Below are positions 53,865 through 62,007 of a stretch of DNA of 64,000 bases, piece after piece. The stretch is from an uncultured Verrucomicrobiae bacterium (GTDB lineage: Bacteria; Verrucomicrobiota; Verrucomicrobiia; Palsa-1439), in contig CAWEWF010000001.1 of assembly GCA_963812605.1 (NCBI GenBank), positions 1-64,000 of the forward strand, in the 5' to 3' direction. A model generated the notes under the pieces. It saw nothing but the letters and a program-made list of their open reading frames with translations, did not search any database and had not been told where the DNA came from. The position numbers and the translations under genes were made by a program. How positions within the stretch are numbered: position 1 is the first letter of the stretch; each line of letters begins with the position of its first letter.

Positions 53865-56800
53865 ATGAATATGACCGGCGAGCGCATCCGACTTCGGCTG
53901 ACACTTCTTTCAGTTATCTGTTTTTTGGCACCCGTGAGAGCGAGCCTTGCGCAGGATGTGACCATCACCAATTTGACGCAGTTGGCTGAAGTGGCCTTCA
54001 GCGCGAATCATAGCCTGTATTTGCCGTGGACGCCGTGGCAGTGGCGGGCGTACCCTACGGACAATGGCGAGCCGTGGTGGGTGGATTGCTCGCAAGTGGC
54101 CTGCACCGACTTGCTGTCCACACCCACCAATTCCTGCGCGACGCTCCAGATGCACGGGGTAACGGTTACGTCCGTGGTTTTGACCAAGAACATTCTGACG
54201 GGCGAAACGTTGGTACAGTCCGGATGCTCGACGGATGTGATCGCGAGCATTGCCGCGCCGAGCGGCTACCAGCCCGGCGCGCAATTGGGCTACAACGCCT
54301 GGGTCTGGCGGGAATGGCAGCAGGTGACTAACTGCCTCGATTGCTGGGGGCTAACAGCCGACGAAATTCCGTCGCCCATCGTCACGCTCAAGACACGGCT
54401 GGCTGATGCCAGCACCTACTCCATCTACCAGAGCAACGTAGAGGCTGACGCCGAAGCCGCAGCAGCGGCCTGGGCGTCATCTGCGTCAAGTTTCACAACA
54501 AGCGGTGGCTTCACGGCGATGGCAGGCGGGATGATGATGGGGATGGACGACGATGTTTCCTGCCTTATCACGGATGAAACTTTGCCCTTTTCGGCCACGC
54601 AGATCGACCAAGATAGCTCGGGCAACACTTTCCTGACCTGGACCTCATGCAGCGACCACATCTATGGGGTATTTTCGTCAGCCGATTTGAGTAACTGGGT
54701 CGGGGTGACTGCGATGTGGGGCGCCGACCTCTCAACGACATGGGAAGATACGAATACGGCGAACGGTGTTACCAGCCAATTCTATAAAGTCGTCCGAATT
54801 CCGCCCGACGAGGGCTACAATAGCGACGCCATCCCCAGCGGCTGGGCGGTGGACAACGGGCTGAATCCGCTCGATCCGAACCTGGATAACGAAGACCCCA
54901 CTGGCGACGGATACAGCATTCTGGCGGACTATCTAAACGGGACCAACCCGAATGTGTCGAACACACCGCCGGTGTCCAGCATCAACAACGGCAACCTGTA
55001 CACCACGGTACTGACCATCCCCATCCAGCCGACGAATACGAATTATCCGAACATTCTGGTGAGCCTCGATCCCACGATGAGCAACGCGACGGTTCTGGCC
55101 AATACGGGCGCACCCATTAACTATACGTTGCCCGACAACGGTGATGGTGGGTATGAGTTGTTCTTACAGTATGCGGATGCGCAGGGCCAGCCGCACGGCC
55201 CGATTCTGAGCGAGGTTGTCATTGTGGATCGGACGCCGCCAGTGACGTACATCACGTCTCCGGCCAGCAACGCCGTGCTGGATCAGGCGTTTATCACGTT
55301 GCAAGCTGTGGCCTATGATCCGAACCCGGTGTTGCCGGATGCCACGCGTCCGCTGAAAATCTGGATCAATGGGCAGCCATTCTGGGACCGAGACGGAACC
55401 AATATCGTGATCGAGCGGTTTCCAGTCCCCGCGGGAACCAACTCTTTCACCGTCACGATTCAAGTCACCGATCAAGCCGGGAATAGCAATCAAACCATGC
55501 AGACATGGACCGTCGATCCCAGCGGCGACACCACGGCCCCGCAATTATCCTCATTCAACATCGCGACCAACATGCTGCTGCCAAACGTCAGCACGGTTTG
55601 GGTCGAAGGGGCGGTCGACGATAGCAACGCGCTGGTCAACGCGATCGTGAGTTCGGACAGTGGTGATGTCACGACCAACGCGCTGCATATCCGTGGCTTA
55701 CAGTTTGAGGGCTCGGTACCGCTGGAATTCGGTACGAACCAGCTCATGTTGCTGGCCTTCGACGCGGCGGGCAACACATCCTCGAACACCTTCATGATTA
55801 TCACCTCGGATCGCTACCGCTTCGAGATTACCTCGCCGGCATTTGGGCAGTTCGCCACCGCGCCCTCGAACACGGTCAGCGGCTATGTGAGCGCTCTCTT
55901 TGACGAGGGCCTGCCGACGCAAACGAACGTCACCAGCGTGTTCATCAACGGCGTCGCGGCGGTGCTATGCACGAATACTGACGCCAACGGCAATCGATCG
56001 TTCACCACGACCAACGCCATACCGCTGGGCGTACCCATCACAGGATTTCTGGCCGGTCCGGGCATCCCGACCGATCCGCCACCGGACCCGCCAGCCCAGT
56101 CTCAGGTGTACGAAGTCACCGAGAAAGTAGAGGTCAACGACGCGATTTATTCGCCTACGATACCGTGGGACTCCTCATTGTTGAGTCCCTCACCACCGGC
56201 TTACTCGATGGGTTCGCTCTACAGTCCTGACATTGATCAAGCTTTCTTTAATTGGGGTCCTATTTATAGAGCTGACATTGGTGTTTTTGACTATAGTTGT
56301 TGGGTCGACATTGAAGCATTACACCAGATAACGACCGTAACACAGGAATTCGATGCAGTGACGAGTCAGGTGCAATCAAATTGGACAGAGGAGCTTGACG
56401 CTCCTCCCTACGACTACTACCCCCCTCTTCCTGGAACCTCCATCTGTACCGACCCGGTAGGTCCGGATAACATCGCGTGGGTAATAAGTTCTCCAGACGA
56501 CGAAGTATCGACGGTATCTGGCCCGATCGGGCGCGGATTGTCTATCGGAACCTATGAATATGCTCACGGCGAAGCCGTGAGTGACAACGAGATTTACTGT
56601 GGGGGCCCGTACCCCTCGTTCACGGATGTCGCTTTGTGGCGTAACCGGGATACCAGCAGCATCCATTTCCGCGCGCCACGAGAATATGACACGAACACCA
56701 CGGTGATCTTCACCTTCGAGGGAGTGGATTATCGAAGGCGGGACGGTGTTCCTCGGGACTTGAGCCAGATCACGTTTCGCGGGCAGAGTCCCATTGCCTA

Positions 56801-57701
56801 CAGCAACGAGGCGCAGACGGTCAGCTACCTGATAACCGTGGATGGTGGCAGGGAATACACGATTTGTGAGGACGACTTCACGTGGCCTGCCGATCAGCAG
56901 GTACACGATTACACCTACTATTATTCAACCACCTGCTTCGATGGATCGCCGTTCCATGATCAGCTGGTTGGCACCTGGACCGAAGACATGCACTGGCTCA
57001 CCTGGACGAATTTTCACAATCACACAGTGGATTTGATCGTCCAAGAGGTCGGGCAGGCTGGATATACACCAAATCTCAAAAACGCAGCGGGACAGCTGAA
57101 GGTCAATTATCGCCAGCCGCTGCAAAACGCACGACTGTTGGATATGCGACAAACCTGCCAAAACGCCGGTTCATTCAGCGTGTACGTTTATCAGGGACAC
57201 GCGGGAATCATTAGTAACCAGCCGGGCATCGCTGCGTATACAGGGTTGAACTGCATATTTCCATCCAATTGTCCTGCAGGGACGCCAACTTATGACGTAG
57301 GGCTCTTCACATACAAGGCTGATGTGTATTTCTTGACCAGTGTTATCATGCCCAACATAGTGGGCGATTTCACGGCAGGTCAGGGCATGTCGCGTCTTGT
57401 GGTAATTATGGGCTGCGAATCAGGTACGAGTTGGCCGCCCGGTTTCACACAGGCGGGCGCCAAAGTGTTAATCTATTCTGGAGGTGAAGTTGATGCTGCG
57501 ACAGCGAGCGGCGCCATCAACGCATTCTTCAACACCCTCGCGAGTGGCCAAACCATCGCCGACGCGCTTGGTGCGGCAAACCAGATAATCGATAACTATA
57601 ATTCACATCCGGGCGCAACAGGGCAAATGAACGAAATGACAGCCGTTTACGGAAGTGGTGTTTCTGGAGCGAACACTTTTGTAGACATTATGAAACCGTA
57701 G
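53865..57701 (+). CDS. large secreted protein with Ca-binding linker, Ig-like repeats and C-terminal CHAT/caspase-like (clan CD) domain
   Basis: signal peptide, DRTPP/DTTAP Ig repeats, DQAGN/DAAGN, YVYQGHAG and LVVIMGCESG. Confidence 0.85.
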   Translation: MNMTGERIRLRLTLLSVICFLAPVRASLAQDVTITNLTQLAEVAFSANHSLYLPWTPWQWRAYPTDNGEPWWVDCSQVACTDLLSTPTNSCATLQMHGVTVTSVVLTKNILTGETLVQSGCSTDVIASIAAPSGYQPGAQLGYNAWVWREWQQVTNCLDCWGLTADEIPSPIVTLKTRLADASTYSIYQSNVEADAEAAAAAWASSASSFTTSGGFTAMAGGMMMGMDDDVSCLITDETLPFSATQIDQDSSGNTFLTWTSCSDHIYGVFSSADLSNWVGVTAMWGADLSTTWEDTNTANGVTSQFYKVVRIPPDEGYNSDAIPSGWAVDNGLNPLDPNLDNEDPTGDGYSILADYLNGTNPNVSNTPPVSSINNGNLYTTVLTIPIQPTNTNYPNILVSLDPTMSNATVLANTGAPINYTLPDNGDGGYELFLQYADAQGQPHGPILSEVVIVDRTPPVTYITSPASNAVLDQAFITLQAVAYDPNPVLPDATRPLKIWINGQPFWDRDGTNIVIERFPVPAGTNSFTVTIQVTDQAGNSNQTMQTWTVDPSGDTTAPQLSSFNIATNMLLPNVSTVWVEGAVDDSNALVNAIVSSDSGDVTTNALHIRGLQFEGSVPLEFGTNQLMLLAFDAAGNTSSNTFMIITSDRYRFEITSPAFGQFATAPSNTVSGYVSALFDEGLPTQTNVTSVFINGVAAVLCTNTDANGNRSFTTTNAIPLGVPITGFLAGPGIPTDPPPDPPAQSQVYEVTEKVEVNDAIYSPTIPWDSSLLSPSPPAYSMGSLYSPDIDQAFFNWGPIYRADIGVFDYSCWVDIEALHQITTVTQEFDAVTSQVQSNWTEELDAPPYDYYPPLPGTSICTDPVGPDNIAWVISSPDDEVSTVSGPIGRGLSIGTYEYAHGEAVSDNEIYCGGPYPSFTDVALWRNRDTSSIHFRAPREYDTNTTVIFTFEGVDYRRRDGVPRDLSQITFRGQSPIAYSNEAQTVSYLITVDGGREYTICEDDFTWPADQQVHDYTYYYSTTCFDGSPFHDQLVGTWTEDMHWLTWTNFHNHTVDLIVQEVGQAGYTPNLKNAAGQLKVNYRQPLQNARLLDMRQTCQNAGSFSVYVYQGHAGIISNQPGIAAYTGLNCIFPSNCPAGTPTYDVGLFTYKADVYFLTSVIMPNIVGDFTAGQGMSRLVVIMGCESGTSWPPGFTQAGAKVLIYSGGEVDAATASGAINAFFNTLASGQTIADALGAANQIIDNYNSHPGATGQMNEMTAVYGSGVSGANTFVDIMKP

Positions 57702-57710
57702 GAGATCAAC

Positions 57711-58256
57711 ATGAAATCGAAGCGGAGGACAAGGGTTGCGTATGGACTCATTCTTCTCATGTGCGGACTCTTCCTTTTTTTCTTTTATACTCCGGTTGGA
57801 CTTTTATCGCAGGCATCTCTAGCGCTCAAAATACAACCTCTTTACCTCCGATTTCTTTCTGCGCGGGTGGCCGCCACCGGCGGGGTGTATTGCAAAGACG
57901 GTGTTGCCCGGCAGCTGTACATGTCGGGAATGAATAATCTATGGGCCGCTCACGAGGCTGTGAGCGCAGCAATTGCTCAGCGGCCATATCCAATGGGTTT
58001 CCGCCGTCGGGCTTATATCGAAATGGGCACCGGCTCCTACAGCAACGCAGTTGCGGATTTTGAACAGGCCTTGAGCCTGTGGCAGCATGAGCAATACGAT
58101 TTCGACTTTAATCCAACAGGGACGTCCAACAGCCTTGAAATAGCGCAGGCGTGTGCTGCAGCGAAAAATAAGTATTGGTTGGATCGGAATAATAGGCCGG
58201 AGAATCCGTCCACGCCACCCGATTTCGAGCCGAAGCAAACGCAGCCAAGCCCATGA
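57711..58256 (+). CDS. membrane-anchored TPR-like protein
   Basis: N-terminal TM helix, RRAYIEMGTGSYSNAVADFEQAL; RBS GGAG. Confidence 0.7.
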   Translation: MKSKRRTRVAYGLILLMCGLFLFFFYTPVGLLSQASLALKIQPLYLRFLSARVAATGGVYCKDGVARQLYMSGMNNLWAAHEAVSAAIAQRPYPMGFRRRAYIEMGTGSYSNAVADFEQALSLWQHEQYDFDFNPTGTSNSLEIAQACAAAKNKYWLDRNNRPENPSTPPDFEPKQTQPSP

Positions 58257-58283
58257 TAGGATAGTAGCCCGTCAATCCCGAGG

Positions 58284-58889
58284 ATGAACATGACGGATAA
58301 GCGAACGAAACAGATCCTGACCGGCGCGCTCATTCTGAATTCGCTCTTGCTCGGCTTGATGCTTTTCTTCTTGTTTGCGGCGGTAAGCTGCATCTCGACT
58401 GTTTTGGATCAGGAGTCGAGTTACAAAGCGTTTCCTTCCATTACAGAGTGGGCAGTCAATTTCCGTCCCAAGAATTTAATTTCAACGTTGTCGCTGATTA
58501 TCGTTGTCGTAGCGACGTCTTTGTTTGTGGGCCTGTCGTTGAAGAGGAGCGTACAAGACATCTCTGGCATCTTCCTATATTTCACTATTCATTCATCCCT
58601 GTGGTTACTAGCGGGCGCCTATTTTCTTTTCTTTGTCATGGCGGTAGCATTCTCTTACATTCATGTTGGCGGCGGGTTATATACGGCGTCCAACGCCCCG
58701 CCGCCGCCACCATCGATGATCGCTACGCCGTCTGTTGATTCACGCATCTGGCTTGCGGCAGCTCTGGCCTATTCAGTCGGATTGTTCATACGTGCAATCA
58801 CAGTCTCGCGGAGACGCAAGGAAGCTGAGTGGAAAGTGAGACCAATAAGGGGTCAGGTCTCGGAAAGGGAGTCAGGGCTTGACACCTGA
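58284..58889 (+). CDS. hypothetical membrane protein (about 4 TM)
   Basis: four hydrophobic segments. Confidence 0.65.
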   Translation: MNMTDKRTKQILTGALILNSLLLGLMLFFLFAAVSCISTVLDQESSYKAFPSITEWAVNFRPKNLISTLSLIIVVVATSLFVGLSLKRSVQDISGIFLYFTIHSSLWLLAGAYFLFFVMAVAFSYIHVGGGLYTASNAPPPPPSMIATPSVDSRIWLAAALAYSVGLFIRAITVSRRRKEAEWKVRPIRGQVSERESGLDT

Positions 58890-59107
58890 TAGGCTCCCTC
58901 CTCGAAGAAATCAAGTAATCGGGGTCAACTCAGCACACTGGACAATTGACGCAAGAAGGCCCACGGCGGTGGGTGTCTATTTCTCTTATTACTTCACGGA
59001 TTTCGACCTGCCCTTGCCCCAATTTGGTGGACACCTGTGGTGTATAAGTGTGTCCCGAAAGAACACACCATGAACCCCAAAGTGATCAGCGCGGAAGGTG
59101 ATCTCAG

Positions 59108-59290
59108 CTAGGGAGCGGACTGCGATTTTGGCGCGACGGAGGCGGGAGAATTTGTCTGGTTGTTCGTCGCTGCGGGATAACTGGAAGGCCCCAGGACAGA
59201 GCGCTTGCTGCTGTAGGAACTCGCTGGCGACGCCGTTCCACACCCGGTCATCAACAATCCCAGGAGCGCCATCAGTCCAAATGAGCCCAT
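59108..59290 (-). CDS. possible small lipoprotein
   Basis: LMALLGLLMTGC lipobox followed by a Ser/Pro-rich tail. Confidence 0.4.
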   Translation of the reverse strand: MGSFGLMALLGLLMTGCGTASPASSYSSKRSVLGPSSYPAATNNQTNSPASVAPKSQSAP

Positions 59291-59452
59291 CCGCTTGCTG
59301 GTCTTTTCACAATTCAACACAAGCCATTTCCTACCACCATTTGGAGGACTCAACAAGCCGGGACTGCGCAACCGCCTTTTGGGTTTGACTCAGCGGCGCG
59401 ATTCGATACCCTGCTCAGACCTCATTCGTGTTGATTCTTTGGTTTGAAAATT

Positions 59453-60651
59453 ATGGCGAAACTTTCCATTAGCGACTTGAAAGACTTCCGCAACCAGCGC
59501 GTACTGGTGCGGGTGGATTATAACGTGCCGCTTGATGAAGCTGGGGGGATTACGGACGATAAACGCATCAAGGCGACCATGCCGACGCTCGATTATCTGG
59601 TGAAAGGGGGCGCCAAGGTGATCCTGTGCTCGCATCTTGGCCGTCCGAAAGGCAAGCGCGACCCCAAGCAGAGTCTCCGGCCCGTGGCGCAGCGCCTGGC
59701 GGAAATCCTTGGGCGACCGGTGGCCTTCGTGGATGATTGCATCGGCGAGAAGGTGGACAAAACGATCAGTATCATGCAGCCGGGCGATGTGGTTTTACTG
59801 GAGAACCTCCGTTTCTACGCCGAAGAAGAAGAAAACGATCCGTCGTTCGCGGAGAAGCTGGCGAAGAATGCCGATCTGTATGTGAATGATGCCTTTGGGT
59901 CGGCGCATCGCGCCCATGCTTCGACGGAAGGCGTGGCGCAAATCATCAAGAAACGCGGGGGTAACTGCGTGGCGGGTTTCCTCATGGAGAAGGAATTGAA
60001 ATATCTCGGAGGGGCACTTAGTTCCCCCAAGAGACCGTTCATTTGCATTCTCGGGGGTGCCAAGGTTTCGGACAAGATCGCCGTCATCGAGAATTGCTTA
60101 CACAAGCGGATGCGATTCTTATCGGCGGGGCAATGGCTTACACGTTCTTAAAGACGCAAGGATTTGGGGTGGGGAATTCCCTCGTGGAAAACGACAAACT
60201 TGAAATGGCGAAGTCGTTGCTCGACAAGGCGAAGGGTAAAAGTTTCTTCTGCCAAGTGATCACCTGCAAGCGACCAAACCCGCCGCAGGCGCAACGACCC
60301 GCATTACGGACGGGCCGAGCATTGAAGACGGTTGGTGCGGCGTGGACATCGGACCCGACACCATCGCGCGCTACAATAAAGAAATCGCCTCGGCGAAGAC
60401 CATCGTCTGGAATGGGCCGATGGGCATTTTTGAAATCCCCGAGTATTCGAAGGGCACGTTCGAGGTCGCCAAAGCCGTAGCTGGAAACAAGGATGCGATT
60501 TCGATTATCGGCGGCGGGGACAGCGCGAAGGCCGCGAAGAAGGCGGGCGTGGACAAGGAAGTCACGTTCGTTACGCACCGGCGGCGGGGCGTCGCTCGAG
60601 TTTTTGGAAGGAAAAGAATTGCCCGGCGTGGCCGCGCTGAGCGACAAGTAA
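59453..60651 (+). CDS. pgk: phosphoglycerate kinase; several apparent frameshifts
   Basis: [39 protein letters not shown]. Confidence 0.95.
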
Positions 60652-60671
60652 CGACCGACCCGACAAAGCCA

Positions 60672-61442
60672 ATGAATTCAAATCGCAAACCGATTATCGC
60701 GGGCAACTGGAAGATGTATAAAACGGCGGCGGAAGCACTCGCTTTGGTCAACGGACTTAAAAGCGAGCTTGTCGGCGTGAGGGACACGGACGTGGACACC
60801 GTTGTCTGCCCGCCGTTCACGGCGCTTTACGCGGTGAGTACCCTGTTGCAGGATTCGAACATCCAACTTGGCGCGCAAAACGTCCACTGGGAGAAGGAAG
60901 GCGCATTCACGGGTGAAATTGCCGCGCCAATGCTCAAGGAGTTGGCTGTGCGCTATGCTGTCGTTGGCCATAGCGAACGGCGGCAGTATTTCGGCGAAAC
61001 GAACGAAGGGGTCAACAAGCGCGCCAAAGCTGCACTGGCCAACGGGATCCGCCCGATTGTTTGCGTGGGCGAAATGCTCGCGCATCGCGAAGCCGGACAC
61101 ACGGAAGCGGTTGTGCGCGAACAGGTAACAGGGGGGCTTGCGGGTTTCACCAAAGATGCTATGCTCAATGTCGTCATTGCCTATGAACCTGTCTGGGCAA
61201 TTGGCACAGGAAAAACAGCCACCCCTGCACAGGCGCAGGAAGTGCACGCGTTCATCCGCGAACTGCTCGCGGCGATGTTTGATTCGTCGGTGGCCGCCAA
61301 GGTGCGGATTCAGTACGGCGGCAGCGTGAAAGCGGCCAACGCAAAGGAATTGCTGGGTCAGGCCGATATCGATGGCGCGCTGGTTGGCGGTGCAAGCCTC
61401 GAAGCAAAAGGATTCGCGGATATCGTCAAGGCTGCGTTATAG
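60672..61442 (+). CDS. tpiA: triosephosphate isomerase
   Basis: [30 protein letters not shown]. Confidence 0.97.
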   Translation: MNSNRKPIIAGNWKMYKTAAEALALVNGLKSELVGVRDTDVDTVVCPPFTALYAVSTLLQDSNIQLGAQNVHWEKEGAFTGEIAAPMLKELAVRYAVVGHSERRQYFGETNEGVNKRAKAALANGIRPIVCVGEMLAHREAGHTEAVVREQVTGGLAGFTKDAMLNVVIAYEPVWAIGTGKTATPAQAQEVHAFIRELLAAMFDSSVAAKVRIQYGGSVKAANAKELLGQADIDGALVGGASLEAKGFADIVKAAL

Positions 61443-61499
61443 TGTCTGGAGTTGGCGCAGGCGCGGATTGAAACTGCCCTGCAAACGAAAGAAAAATTC

Positions 61500-61952
61500 A
61501 TGAATTATTTGATTGGATTTGTAACGGTGGTGCATGTGCTGGTGGCACTCTTTGTGATCGTGCTGGTACTGATGCAGAAGTCATCGGAGCAGGGCGTCGG
61601 CGCCGCGTTCGGCGGTGGCGTAACCGAAACTGTCTTCGGTGCCGGCACGACTACCGCGCTCGTGCGGATGACGATCTATTGTGCCTGCGCGCTTTTGGCG
61701 ACAACATTAATCCTGGCCGTCTTGCATTCACACCGCGGAAAAGGGAACAGCTCATTACTGCAGCGTTCCCTGGCAACGATGCCGGCGACACCTGCGCCAC
61801 AATCAACATTTCCGCTCACACCGCCGCCGTCCACACCCGGCTCGCCCGCAGCGGTTCCTACGACACCAGCAACCTCGACGCAAGTTCCGGCGGCGCAGCC
61901 ACAGTCATCCCCCACCGCTTCAGAACCGGCGGCGACGCCAAAGACCCCGTAA
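61500..61952 (+). CDS. secG: preprotein translocase subunit SecG
   Basis: VLMQ..GVGAAFGGG, two TM helices, position after tpiA. Confidence 0.9.
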   Translation: MNYLIGFVTVVHVLVALFVIVLVLMQKSSEQGVGAAFGGGVTETVFGAGTTTALVRMTIYCACALLATTLILAVLHSHRGKGNSSLLQRSLATMPATPAPQSTFPLTPPPSTPGSPAAVPTTPATSTQVPAAQPQSSPTASEPAATPKTP

Positions 61953-62007
61953 CCTTCGCGCCGCAAATCGGCTTGACTGTCATGCGTTTGGCAGTAACGT
62001 GGGCCGC

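Noticed and set aside
4323-60651. Frequent frameshifts read as pseudogenisation or programmed frameshifting
   Set aside because: They hit essential pgk, often fall in homopolymers, include compensating pairs, and differ between tandem-repeat copies. Long-read error is the simplest explanation.
60342-61442. Pgk-Tpi fusion protein
   Set aside because: pgk has its own stop at 60651 once an indel near 60575 is corrected, and tpiA starts at 60672.
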